This document shows, one piece after another, positions 1-17,754 of a stretch of 64,000 bases of DNA. This DNA comes from Chrysomallon squamiferum (Eukaryota > Animalia > Mollusca): the NCBI GenBank assembly GCA_012295275.1, contig CM022671.1, positions 12,152,001-12,216,000 of the forward strand. Reading direction: 5' to 3'. The notes below the pieces were generated by a model that saw nothing but the letters and a program-made list of their open reading frames with translations, was not told the DNA's origin and searched no databases. Within the stretch, counting starts at the first letter, position 1; each line of letters starts with the position of its first letter. The position numbers were made by a program, and so were the translations under genes.

Positions 1-2802
<2,802 letters not shown>

Positions 2803-3079
2803 TTCTTCTCGGGGAGAAGTAAAGTAGAGTTGAGAATGTGAATGTGTTTTTAATACGTTTGAATGTGTTTACATAAGTTTAATGTGATACGTCGAGGTCT
2901 GAAGATAATCAGGATGACAAAATACGGTTTTAGTAAAAATGTCAGACGAAGTGTCAACGTAGTTTACCCAGGGAAGTTTAGCAGGCGATGTTGTTATAAG
3001 TTGTCCCACATCCAATTCGAAAACAACAATCAGTATCTCGTCACACACGCGATAAATAAAATTGAAATTGAAAACAAGA

Positions 3080-3080
<1 letters not shown>

Positions 3081-3134
<54 letters not shown>

Positions 3135-3171
3135 AAAATTAAAAAAATCGAAAAAAAAAAAAAAAAAAAAA
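3081..3171. repeat. Long interrupted poly(A) tract
   Basis: Read directly. Confidence 0.9.
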
Positions 3172-3716
3172 TCGAAATAAAAAGTCATAAACAAACAAAC
3201 AAAAACAATTTGACTATTTCATTTCAAGTGTAAAACTCGTGTGGTTGAATGACAATAATACGAATACCTGTCTGTATGTTTTTGGTGAATATACCACATT
3301 TTGATGACAAATATCGGCTAAGACATTTCGTACTTGAAGGTTTGGGGACATTCTTTTTTTCTTGTTCTTGTAAGAATATTCATTCGTTCACAGAATTCGT
3401 TCACACTCCGATAAATAACGTCTAATGATCTCAGTAGAAACACTGCACTTTTCTCACGTTTGTGAAAAACTGACCTGGCCCCCTTCTTTTCACTGACTGT
3501 TTTCACAGTATAAATGTTAAACGATCTTTGTAACAACGCTTAACAAAACGGCGACACACTGAATACTGAGACTTGGACAATACCATTAGCTTCTTTCTTT
3601 GTTGAGCCGGAAAGGTCATCTGTAATTGCTTCGGAGCCGCGAGTCAACACGAACACGAAATGTTGGAATTAAGTCATTACCGATAATAATAAGCAAGCTA
3701 AAAAAAAAGAAAAGTT

Positions 3717-3752
<36 letters not shown>

Positions 3753-3904
3753 GTAGCAGAAGAAAAAGAGCAATCCTGACAAGAAAAGGAGAAGAATAAA
3801 TGAATATGTCTTTAAAGACATTATCTTTACAAACACATTTTATTTGAGTGGCGGATTTAACTATAATCTTAAAAGGCTACATATTACGGCCTTACATGTA
3901 TTGC

Positions 3905-3951
<47 letters not shown>

Positions 3952-4093
3952 TCATTTCCACTTTCGAATAATAAATTTTAAAGAAAAGTAGATATTTGCA
4001 AAATTCAGTTATATGTATTTCATCTTTGTTTATACTGTACAGAGAAGCCATAGCTCAGAAGTCCTATTTATAAGTTTCTAAAAATCAACATTG

Positions 4094-4133
<40 letters not shown>

Positions 4134-4612
4134 AGCGTAAAAGATATACATTTATACGTTAATATGGATAGGCAGTCTGTCTGAATAACTCTACTTACAT
4201 GATTAAGACGAAATAATCCTGGTTTGAAACGAGTAAACGGACGAACGTTTGTTACAAAAGGATGCTTCTGAAATAACAGCAAATGCAGCAATAATGTTAT
4301 ATTCATCTTGAAGTCATAACTTCAGTATTGTACGAAGTAAATTACAACGGATATCCTCGTTCTACAGATAAATATTACATTATGTTGACCTGTACAAGAA
4401 ACTAAGTTTTAAAGCAAGTGTTTGGTGGATTATTTTTGTAATTAATTCTACCTTTGTAGTCTGACGAGAGTCTTCTGACATTTTGTCCAAAACGTAAAAA
4501 TATTTAGCTTCAAACACGCGAACAGCCGGCTTTAATAATCATACTTAAGGTAACGTTTTTAAAAAAAGGGTTTTATAATAAATTGTATTCTACAGTGAAC
4601 TGCTTATAATTT

Positions 4613-4655
<43 letters not shown>

Positions 4656-5238
4656 TTTGATCAGCATTCATAAAAATGAAATAAATAATAAAACTGAAAA
4701 AACCCCGAAACAAGTGTAATACACAAAAGCATAATTCAGTAGAATTTAATGTAAAGAATATCCTTATTATCGTTGAGTTAATTTTTTTCTGCTCGTTCCC
4801 AACAGTACTATTCGTTTAAATAAGCAACAACAACAACATCAGCAACTGATTACGAGCAAGGAATCACTTTCACTAAGAGGAAGCAAGTAACATGTTTTTA
4901 GTTTTTAAAAATTTGTTTTAATTTAGCTTTTGTTATTCAAATATTTTTAGCTTTTGATATTCAACCATTCAGATTATTATTACTTATTAGAACAATTTCA
5001 CTGGTTTCATTTTGGAGCATGACTTGAAACTACAACGGATACTTCAGCACTTTGAATAAACAGTTTATCTGTTGCTGCAATAAGTGATGAAGTTTCAGTA
5101 ACGTAGCTTGTTTTGTTTGATGCACTACCCAGATTTACTGGTAGGCCTACATTTTAGATCAGTGAGAACATCCAGCTGGTGCCAGTTGTCGAATTCACGC
5201 AGATTTGTGTTTAATACAACTATTATTAACAGATAAGA

Positions 5239-7016
5239 ATGTCTCTTATATTAGGTGTTAATACTTTCTGCAGTACATTGCTGTGGTACTGTACTGTAAT
5301 GGGCTCGTTAACTCATCTGTGTCTGGCCCTGCTACTTCAGCACGTCAGTGCAGCTACTGTGTATATGTATGTAGGACCTCATGGATCAGACTCAAACAGC
5401 GGGTAAAGTGGTGGTGTTCCTGAATGTGTTTCAGTTCTTTAATACGTTTTTCTTAATAACATTATAAACACATATCCATAGTTAAAGGGTTGTTTTTTCT
5501 TTTCTTCTTTTTTTATAATTATATAAAGTAATAGTCCAAATATATTAGGAATATTAACCTAAAACAAATTTAAATTTTATTTGTTTTCTGACGTCCATTC
5601 TTAATTTATATTTAACGTATTTATTTTATTTTATTGTTTTCTTCAATACTACACTTAAATTAGTATGCAAAAGTTGTTGTCTTACACAGATTACTTTTAT
5701 TCAGAAAAAAAAAAAAAAAAACGTAACGAAGGTTTCATGCGGCGTCAGTAGAAAATTTAACGGTATTTTGAAAAATCTTGCATTCGTAAATTCTGATGAT
5801 TATTTCGTCGTTGTCGCCCTGATTGTCATCATCATTATTATCACTGATGTTGTTATGATGATGATGATGCTTATTATTATTATTATCATTATTATTATTA
5901 TTTTAGTGCAAGTCACGGAAATGCTTTCCTGACTTTGGAAAAAGCGAAATTGAAAGCTGTACATGAAACAGAAGTGAAAGGGAACAGTAAGCAGTTTTAG
6001 AATTTGTAGTAATTAAAAGTGATAAATTATACCAAATAATAAATCACATAGCTACTTTTTCTTCAACTATTGCTACTTAAAACTTGCTAAAAATTAAATG
6101 TTCGGTATTAATGGCAGTTAATTGGGTCATAATCTAAACATTGTAAAGAAAATATTAAACGTGGGACTATTAAATTCTGTCCATTATCATTATTATTATT
6201 TATAATTATGTTGATATATAATTGCAGTGTAGTATTGTATGTCATATATTATACAATAAAATTGTGTATATGAGAAAATTGTGTTCCAGAAAATTCAAAA
6301 GTAATCTTATTTTGGTTTAATGTTAACAGTATTAATATCCCAAACGCTATATATACGGATTACTGATCTTACATGCATTTCGAAACTGTTACTGGCTGAA
6401 GCTCATTACAAAGAAAGCTCACCTTCTTGGATCAAATATTCACAAGCACATAACTGCTATTATAGTAACTATCCGTGCTATATCAGACCTTCACAACTTA
6501 AAAAATAAATGTATGAGCGGTCCAAGATTATAAAATATTCTATAAAGACATCCTTAGTCACAAAAGATTTGCAGCCACTGACCTATTTATCAAACTTTAT
6601 AAAAATTAATGACAACTTTACATAATAGTTTTGCCTGTTATATTTTTTTTACTTTATTTTATTTTTTTTATACGCTTCTGCTTTTGTTATCATTTTTATC
6701 TTATCCTCAACACAAACAGAATGTTCTGAGATAACACAAAATGAATGTACTGGTTAGAACTATAAAAGTCTAGCCTTCATATTAATTTTGTTTTTCAGAT
6801 GTAAATGTGGGTTTGGTATATGTTGAGATAGAGAGAGAGACTGCTTATGTCAGTGCTACTTATGTTTTCAGTGAGACTGGGTTAGGGAGAGGCAGGCTTT
6901 TTATCCTTTGTGTGTGAATGACAGGTCGAGAGCATACAAACGTGAAGAATCATTTTATTTATTTTATTTTTGTTTTTACAATGAGAGGAGTTCAGTGCAG
7001 TTGATATTGATATTAA

Positions 7017-7069
<53 letters not shown>

Positions 7070-7515
7070 GTTTGTTTTTGTTCTGCAGGTGTCATTGTAG
7101 AACTTCTTCCAGGTTATCACGATTTGAAATCCACACTTCAGTTCTCAAACGGACACAAACATCGAGTCACTTTCCGAGCTTACAAAAGCCAGGAAGTACA
7201 CGTGGTAGGAGAACTTAGAACATGCTTATATACATATAAACACAACCAAGTACAAGCACGCACGCATAGATACACATACACACACACAGAGATACATTCA
7301 GTTTGAAGTGGATAAGATTTTATACAAGAATATGTATAAATTATGTTTTCATTTTCAAGTAGTATTCATGAGTGTGACATTGATTTCATTCAGACTGGTG
7401 GAAAGCGAATCAGCAGTAGTTTGTTCCATCACGTCACAGTCCACAGAGAGCTCCAGCGTTTACCTCATGTTGCAAGAAACAAAGTAAGAATTAAATATTA
7501 TCTTTTAGTTAGTAT

Positions 7516-7591
<76 letters not shown>

Positions 7592-7980
7592 TCCTTTTGG
7601 GAATACTGATCATTGCAGTTATAACTTATGTATAAAGTACAACTAATTTTTTATTTCAAGCAATTTAAATTAAAGTTCTGGGTCTGTATTTTTTTTTTTT
7701 TTTTTTTCACATTAATAGCATTATTTCATAGAATATCGTAGAAATTCTGTTGATCAATACTTGGTGATACAGACAGCTGTGTAATTTATAGCCATTAACT
7801 GATATTTCTTGTTCAGGTGGTCAAGGTACATTTGCCTGATGCTGGGATCACGGACTATGGACAGATGACGCGCTATGGTTTTGGCATTGTTAGAACGGCT
7901 CCTCTTGAACTGTTCATTAATGGCAGGCCAACACGATTTGCACAATGGCCAAATGAGGTATAAGGAAGTATAGTGACAGA

Positions 7981-8019
<39 letters not shown>

Positions 8020-9740
8020 AACACCTTAGGCCTGCAGTTAAAGGCTTCATGCATAAGATTTAAACCTTACAGATAAAACAACCGAAAAATAACAACAACA
8101 AAACTAAAAACAAAAATAACTTCACACGGCCTTAAAAAACATCGTAAATACATGCTTGAGCGATTAATAGTTTAATCAGGGCTACGTGCCTTAGACTGGC
8201 ACTCTGGTGTAAGTAGTAATTATCGGGAATGACATGAAAGCTTAGTACTGGAAGAGATGAATAGAAATAATAACAGAATTGTAGAGAAGATTAGAAAAGT
8301 ATGAAATTGACAGATTTTTCTCTCTTTTGTTATCCATCAGAAATTAAGATTTCTCTTTAATCAGCACCTTTCTTGGTTTATATAATTTAATATAATATTT
8401 AGTTCTTATCACACTAACGAAGTTTATTACATCGATTTTGTGTTCAGCTGCTGCATTTACGTTCATTTTAATAAAAATAATTTGTATGAGCTAATGATTT
8501 TTTTTATTTAAACTGTTGTCGTTTTCTTCATTCCGAACATTTTAAAACAACATCAGTATTATTATTCTTGCTACTACTATTACTATGTTACTACTGCTAC
8601 TGCTGCTACTATTATTATTACCACTTCTATATATATATATATACTACTGATAATAATAATAAAGAAAAATGACTATTCACGAAAATATTAGTTTAATATA
8701 TGTTTGTGATACGAGGGTTACATTAACGTGGAGTCTGTCCCAGACGGCAAAGATGGCGCAAGGTTTACATACTCCGTACCTGACAACAGAGACTTAAAAT
8801 GGGCTCATGAGAAGCAGCCGTGGGTTTACGGATTTTGGTAAGTGTGTCTGAGTGTGTGTGCGTGTGTGTAGTTATGTGTGTATATGTATATTGTCTCTGT
8901 GTGCATATGTGTGTATGTGCGAATGTGTGTGTGTACACTTATAGATACCTAAATTCAGTATATATACATACATACATATATCATACGTACATATTTACAT
9001 CCACACATACATACATACATAAATACATACATACGTACGTACATACATACATCCATACATACATAGATATATACATACATACATACGTACGTACATACAT
9101 AGATATATACAGACAGACAGACAGATGGACAGACAAACACTTCTGTTGGTGATACATTCAGCTATACACTCAAGCGTGCGTGCACGCACAAGAAAGGCAC
9201 GCACTTTGTGTGTCTTACTAATTTTTTAGGTACTGGGGATGGGCAGACGATGCTGTGAAGGTGACAAATTTTGACGTCCAAAATAAAATAATAACACTGG
9301 CCCAGCCTGTCAGATTTGGTCTTAGACAAGGTTTGTGTTCAAAATGATCAGCTGAAGATAACGTTTTATTATGTGAACTTTAGAGTGGTTTGTTGTATTT
9401 ATTCAGTGAACGGTTTTAACAAGTCACCTCTTTTAAATAAATATATTTGTCTGCAGGTATATGATGGTATAAATAGTGTGTATGTTTGTGTGTGTGCATG
9501 TGTGTGTGTATGTGTGTATGTGTTTGTATGTATACGTGTTTATTTGAGGGTATGAGTTTGTTTGAGTGTGTTTGTGTCTGAATATATAGGAATTTTAAAA
9601 TGAAATTAGAAATAAAAATACCCACTTGGGACAGGAACTCATTATAGTTAGATACACAATTTATCTCATTTTTTGAAATTGTTGTCATCTTACTTATTTT
9701 ATTAACAAAGCTATTTCCATCAGAAATAAAACAGACATAC

Positions 9741-9777
<37 letters not shown>

Positions 9778-10571
9778 CAATGCTGTAATATGTTGTTTAT
9801 GTAATACAAACAATATGTTTAGGTTTTCTACCAAACATTGGTGGTTTTTCCAAACAAGGAGGATATTTTCGAGTTATCAACATGTTATCCGAACTGGATG
9901 AACCAGTAAGTTATTATTTACTACAGAAATAGTGAAACAAATAATTATTAATAGTAGAGCATATCAAATTTTTCTATACAAACTTGAAGAATCTGAAAAA
10001 TAACTCATCAGAATAACATGAAAATAACATCCGTAAAATAAATGCTTAACAGATAATTTGCTATAAAATAAAATAATGATCACAACTGAATTAAACTGCT
10101 TTGTAGGGAGAATATTACATCGACCGAACAACAGGAGATTTATATGTTTGGCCTAACACTCCGTCGGGAACTCTGTCTCACTCAGATATCGTATACGCCT
10201 CGTTGATTAACACTTGTTTTAGGTAAGTTCACTGCTGATAACAGAGAGGAACCGTGGTCAGTTGTTAGCGGAACAATAAATCCTTCTAAGTCAGAATTTT
10301 CCATTCCATTAGATGCCACAAATCATTTGTTAATCTATTGTTTGTTCTTTGGATTGTAAGAGGCTTGTAAAAGAGTTTTGTTGCTGATCAGTAAAAATAT
10401 GTAATGTGTTTTCAAAACAGAAAATACAATTACACTGCACGCAGGAACATATCATAGAAATAAGTATTGTGATTTGGGTAAAACATTTATTTTTAAATAT
10501 TGCGTCATTTCCTTTCAGAAATTATTCGTCTTTTTCTTTCTTTTCTGTTTTTTAATATATATTTTTAAAAA

Positions 10572-10616
<45 letters not shown>

Positions 10617-11108
10617 GTTTTTATTTGTTTTGATGTTTTTATAGTTTAAAAAAAATAATAATAGATAATCAGATAATGTGACAATTTTGCTTTGTGCACA
10701 TTTCTCAATAAAAAGTTAAAATTAAAAAGGATTTTATAATAGATTTTATCATTTAACATAAATAAAGTAATGAAAGAAAACCACTTAATGTTTCTCTTTA
10801 CTCTTCAATATCACATTTATTTTAATTCTCGAATCCATTGCTTATTAAAAATAATATTTAAAAATAATAAAATACACTTTACAAATTAACTATTTGTATT
10901 ATACCTTGTTTATTCTGTTTTATCTGGGGTTTTTTGTTTGTTATTTTGACTGTTTTTTCTAGTATTGCCAGTGGTGTATATAATCTCGTTTTCTCGAACT
11001 TCACCGTGGAAGCATGTCGTCATCATGGTTTTAGTGCCACCGACATTCACAACGTCAAATTTATAAACATGGAAATTAAAAACTCAGGTATCCATTAAAA
11101 GGAAATAT

Positions 11109-11198
<90 letters not shown>

Positions 11199-14100
11199 AG
11201 TTCAAATATATATTATTTGTTTTAGTTTTTACTTTGTTTTTACTTTTCTGAATTTCTGAATAAAATATTTTAGGTGCTAATGGCATATCGTGTAGAGGAG
11301 ACTGTAGATCTATTACAGTGTCAAAGTGTGAGATACATCATGTTGACGGCGGAATCCATATATCAGGCAAGTAAAAATATAAGTTCTGCACTTTAATATT
11401 GGAAAATGTTTAAGTAAGTGATGGTAAAAATTAAATAGCAATGGCTAAACTCACTTGTATTTGTTTCTGTAACAAACAAAAAAATCTGGCACAAGGACTA
11501 TACGGTCAAAAATTAAAAAGAAACTAGTACACAAGCAATATAATAATTAACGAACTTATTTTAACTCTAAATGCAAAGGCGGCCAACACGATAAACAAGA
11601 TTATGTTATATGTTACATATATTTGCAGGTGGTAGACGTGCAACACTGACTCCCTCTGGAAACTTGATTGAAGACAATCACATATGGCAGTATTCCAGAG
11701 TTGCTGCTGTTGATCATTTCGGTATCGGCTGTTTTGGCGTGCACAACATGATACGTCACAATGAACTACACGATGGCCAGTATACTGCTATATGGTGGGC
11801 TGTATGTATAACAGGGCTTGTATTGCATGCATTGCAATCTCTCTATCTTAATACATACATTTTCATTTCTTTATTACAAATCTATATTTATGTTTCTTTT
11901 TCTTTATCTCTTCTTTGTATGTGTATGTGTCTATGTATGTTTATATACGAACGTGAGAGAAGTACTTTAATGCTAAGTAGATTGATAATTTGATATTTGC
12001 CCTGCATCTTTGCGATGTATAATGTTTTGAAATAATTCAGAACGAGACTATATGTAATACTTTTAGGGAAATGACCATGTAATTGAATACAATCACGTGT
12101 GGAACAACTGTGTCAATTCTAGCGACTGTGGAGCGATTCACGCTGGCAGAGACTGGACTAATGTAAGAATTTAGAGAACTACATTTAACAGATTCAAAAA
12201 TCTAACGTTTATCATTTGTATTTTATCAGTAACCACAAACTGATGATAAGTGTCTCTGAATGTTGTCAAAGGAAGACTATGTATAAAATCAACAATCACA
12301 GAAATCGATATACGCAAAACTTTGCAAAGATATGACTGTCCAGATTCTTATCTTTGTCTGAGATGATGATAGATACTAATTATGTATTTTAGTTCAATAA
12401 CAACGACGATCTAACTTATTTATATAATAAATGTAACTTAAATTTCAGCGAGGAAACGTGATTCGCTACAACCACATACACCACACTCTACGTTTCTGGC
12501 CTGGTTCACACGTCAGAGGAATTATGCTTGATGATCAGTATTCCAGCGTCACCATCGAGCACAACGTCTTCTACCACGTACTGCTTTCCTTAAAGCTAAC
12601 TGAATTAAACTATATTAATAATATAAAAAACATACTACCTTTTAAAAAGTAAATACGTGTAAATTAACCCTGAATAATAGATATATTCTGAAAATCGGAC
12701 TAGTTTCTTGAAAGGTAAATAATGTTGTATAATTTGAAACGCAATGCCTTTTTTTAAAACTATGTATTTTATACTGAAATAATATAGACTATAATGCTGT
12801 TACATAATTTGGAGTGATTTCCAACATTTACTGATAAGAAAATAATTTCTAAAATAAAAGAAAGCAACAAAAATTTGTTTTAAATTTATAATTTTATACA
12901 GTATGATATAACCTATTTTCAAGGCAATTTGTTGATATTTTTGTTTATTACCTTTGATTGTTCATGTATTTAGAATTATACATTATTTTGCTATGTCAGT
13001 TTTACTATGGCTTAAGTATCAATCACCTCCATTATCATTTAGATAATTAAGGTTAAATTTTAAAATGAGGAATTTTAAATCTAACATCAACAGAATGAAA
13101 TTCATGTGAACATTGGCGGAGGCAGAGACAACATCGTACGATACAACGTCTTCTACAACGCGACAGGGTCGTCGATTCATGTCGATGGACGGGGTTTACC
13201 AAATGGCAACGGAAACAATGGCACACTGGAAACCCGGTTAAAGGTACATTACTTTGTAAATACAGTCAAGTTATGACACTCTGGACAAATAACTATCAGG
13301 CACATGCGGAAAATTACCTAGGATGGCGAAAGCTCAAGGTTTGACACGTCTTCTCTGGAAAATAGTTTAAGAAGATAGAAATTCATTTTGAATAGGCGGA
13401 TTTTGAAATCAGAATACGTACCTGCTTTTACTTAATTATGTTTTTGTTTTTTTAAGGCAACCAGTTCTAAATTTATGTTTTTATTTTAAAATAAAAGAAG
13501 AAACAAAATGATTAAAACTTCATATAACGCGAGATTTTGCTGAGATAATGGAATGGTCATTATGATTATAAATATTTACTTTATTGACTCGTATCAACAT
13601 TTCTTGTATTTCTTCCCCATACCATTGTTCTCTTGCTTTTACAGGCTGTTCCATATACAAGCAAACTGTGGCAAGAAAAATATCCCAAACTTGCAGTTAT
13701 AGATCAGACAAATGCAAATGCTCCAGAAGGCATGTAATAACTGTAATTCAGGTTGTTAAGCTTTTTATAAAATCACGTGCTACATCTTCAGGTTTGTAAC
13801 TTCCAATTGCTTCTGTGACGTTTCAAAATGAATCTTGATATAATATTTATATAACATAAAAGAAAATAAAGATAAATAAAAGAAAATCTCTAATAACTGA
13901 ACACATTTTTTAAACATACAGTAGTAGATTCCTGTATGATAATGATTACATTATCGTATTTCACTGTTTCGTGGGGCTCTCATATAAATCGAATGTGACT
14001 TACAGATTCACCTTCCTAGAGAGAGGGACCAGTCGGTGTCATGGTTTGAGGTTAATTTTGGATCACTGAGACTATTTCAGGTGTACGATAGAAAATAATA

Positions 14101-17100
14101 AAAATAACAGAAGTGTAAAAATCTACAAGGTGCTAAACATTATTATTTCATTGTTTGTTTTATCGAAGTGCATAAAAGGATCTTTGTTGTGTACATCTTC
14201 AAGTAGAGGAATGCACACTCCTGTCTTTTCATAAAACAAAATACAGTGACTGGCTGGCAGAAATAATAAATAACCCAGTGGTTGCACCTAGTAGGCTAGA
14301 TACTTAAACTCACCATTTTCAAATCACTGTTCTAACCACTGAGCTAGTATCGTCTCAAATTGTAGAAGATGCACCCATTTCATGATAACTGATAACATAT
14401 AAACATCATTAATTGTTCATTTCAGGTAACAAAATATATGACAATGTATATTACAATGAACATGGCAAACAATTCAACCCTATCAGTGAGAGCTTGAACA
14501 CCATAAACTATTTTGATGTTCATGACAACTTTAAGGTAAATCATTTTTTTGTTTTCGACTTCGTGGTATATCAAATATTTAAAAAAAAAAAAAAAAAAAA
14601 CAATTATTATAATAATTATTATTTTTTTAACTCAGCTGTTTATGATTGTAGGTTCAAACAAATATGAACTTGTGACTGTCTACGTATCAGTATTATTATT
14701 TTACAAACTATACACCTAATTGCATATAGATTTAACAAAGACGTCAGATAACATAAAGCGGAAAATGTATTTATCTCCAATTCAGTATTCATACTAAAAC
14801 ACCATTTCAAAGATTAAACTGTATTTAACAGTCACCGTCACCAACTGACTTCTGGTCGCCAGAAAATAATGATTTTCGTCTGCGATGTCTGGCGGGCGAC
14901 TGGGCGAATACTTTGAACTTTGCACAACCAGTAGACTTGAACTCTGTGGGACCACGATACCAAACCGGGCCTGCGTACTTAAACATAGGTCAGTCATTTC
15001 TGACTACCATACAGCCGTTTGTACGTATGTGTGTTTATGTGAGGATGTGGGTATGAGTGTTTGTGTCTTGCGATTCCGATTTCCAGATGTATATTAAGAA
15101 TTAAAACTAAAAACTAAAAATGAAATTTGAAATAAAGATAAACGTTAGGTTGTTATGAGACGAACACGTTCTAGTTTTATTCATGACAGAATATGGTACA
15201 TCTTTTTTTATGTATCTTTTATTATTTTAAAAACCTGAATTTGAAAATGACCTAAATACGTTTTAAGATCTGAAACAGCAGTATTTGCTGGATTATCTCG
15301 TGTTTAGTCCACTTGATAAAACTGTTGTTGAACAAGATTTATAATAATAAGAAGTCTTAGTGTATATTTCATGACAAATTCTAATCCCTTTAATGTTAAT
15401 TCTACAGTATGGCATAAACAATCAACAAATATGATTTCAGTTAATATAATTATTTGGTATGATTGTTTTTTTTGAATAACAGAGCAAAGTTAATTTGTTG
15501 TCAAATAATATATATATTACTAAACAATTATTAGTATTATAACTCTTTAAACAGGTTTTTGTTAAAATAATATTTGGAATAACAAATATTATTTTTTGAA
15601 TATTAAGTGTACAATTTCATTAGCAAAAAAACAACAAAAAAAACCCAAAACAAACGAACAACGAGAGTAAAAACAAATAAACAGCCTCTTTATCAGTCAT
15701 AGAAATATTTAACAGACAGAATGCATTAATTAATAAATGAAAGTCCTTTTATAAAATCTGTTCTCAATGTGATGAAAGATATTCGTTTACAGATCGTTAT
15801 GAGAAGAGTCATCATTCTGCCACTCCCAAACCTTGTGCTGGAACACAGGCGCCCGCAACCAAAGCACCCAAAACACCCTACCTGTCTGACGGATCAGGAC
15901 CAAACAACATACATCCTGATATTCCAAAATATGGTGAGTAATAAATAAAATACTAGATTACATATATATATATGTGTGTGTGTATGTGTATGTATATATA
16001 TATATATATATCTATATATATGCAGTTTAAAAATCTAGTTGTTTCTCCCGATTGCAAATATATCAAGATTATATGTTGTTATAAAAGCCAAAACATGGTA
16101 GGCCTAGATATGTAATTTGACTGATAAAAGATCATACAGTAGTGAAAGTGGGATTCTTTTAATGACAGCTGTTTGAGTTCAGATATTAAATCTTCATATA
16201 TTTAAATGATAAAATTATATTTCTTCAAGGTTGTTGGTTTATCACGACTGGGTGTCCGCACGATGAATACAGCGGGCTAGTGAGAGACAAGTACGGAGAG
16301 GAACATGTAAATGCAGGACGAGACGAGGACGCGTGCCTGGCAAGAGCTGCCGACGAGTGGCGGTACTGCGGCTCGCCGAGTGACCACACAGTCACCACCG
16401 TTTTTGGACCAACAGGTAAAGCATTCCTAGCCTAGAATTCATTAAACTGTTTTCACTGTTTATTTAAATTTTTGTTATGAAAAAAGTAATTCTTTTCTGA
16501 ATATTCAAATTTAACATATAACATAAACAAGCAAAATGCAATAAAATTTACTTTTTAAATATTTTAAAAATGGCTATGAGGTTTTATAAAATACTATACA
16601 ATAATTTTAAAAACTCATAATATTTTCTATATTTACAGTGTTGAAACAGTGAGTATTTTTTTATGCTGGGTATAATTAAACGTCAGTTCTGTATTTTCAC
16701 AGGGGCCATGACACTCGCTGGTTCTGGCTGCTACTTTGCTGATTATGGCTGCCCAAAATATCACATATATCACCCTAAAGGCGCCTTCTACCATGACCAC
16801 TATGGTGAGCAGCATGGAGCACTCAGTGATGAAAACACTTGTCTCAGTCGTGCCAGAGATGAATGGGTCTACTGCGGATCTGATCCTAACTTTCCCATCA
16901 CAAGTCTTTATGCACCCACTGGTTCGTCAATTCATTGTAACTTTCATTTTAAAATAGTTTTATTATTTCTTTCCAAAAATGTTTTCATCCATCTCCTCTT
17001 TCATTTAGTCTGTCTTTCGTCTCTTTTCCTACATCTTAATGGACACTTTAGTGTCAACCACTCGTTCATGCTTGGACTGACTCTCAAACTCTCTGCTCAT

Positions 17101-17699
17101 GCTAAGTTTTAACTATTAATATTTCACTTGTTCAACATTTATGTTCTTGTTTTTTTTAACACAGAGTTTTAAAGTCTTAAAACTTCTTTTCTTTTATAAT
17201 AACATTCTGCTTTTTTTCGTCACCCTCAGGTAAATCAAAATCTGCTGGTGGCGGCTGCTGGATTAAAATAAAAAATTGTCCTGGAGACTCTAAACTGCAA
17301 CACACATTTTTCTATGATGCATGGGGAGCAACGAACTTGGATACAGGCATTTTCATATTGCAATATTCCACTTTTTAGTTTTTTGGTGGAGTTTTTATTA
17401 TTATTATTATTATTGATATTTCTTTTCTATTTCATTAATTTAAAAATACTATGTAACATACTGATATATTGTACAGAATGTACTATAACTAGAAGTATTT
17501 TTTTCTATTTAAAATTAACAGAAACATCAGTGTTAAATAATCCATTACTGACATACACACTGACTCTACTTATTAACACATTATCTACCTATTAAGAGAA
17601 TATTTTCTAGGAAACCTTTTAATTACGTTTTTTTTCCACTCTATATGTTCTCTTTTTTTCAATTTTATGATCAAAACAATCTAAATTTGGATTTTTAAC

Positions 17700-17754
<55 letters not shown>

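Noticed and set aside
2863-3180. ORF with a poly-Lys tail
   Set aside because: Artefact of the poly(A) tract.
8820-9204. Several overlapping ORFs rich in V/C/Y/M/H/T
   Set aside because: Translations of intronic TG and ATAC microsatellites.
14270-14360. tRNA gene
   Set aside because: Only an A-box-like motif is present, with no intact B-box or cloverleaf. A SINE remnant is more likely.
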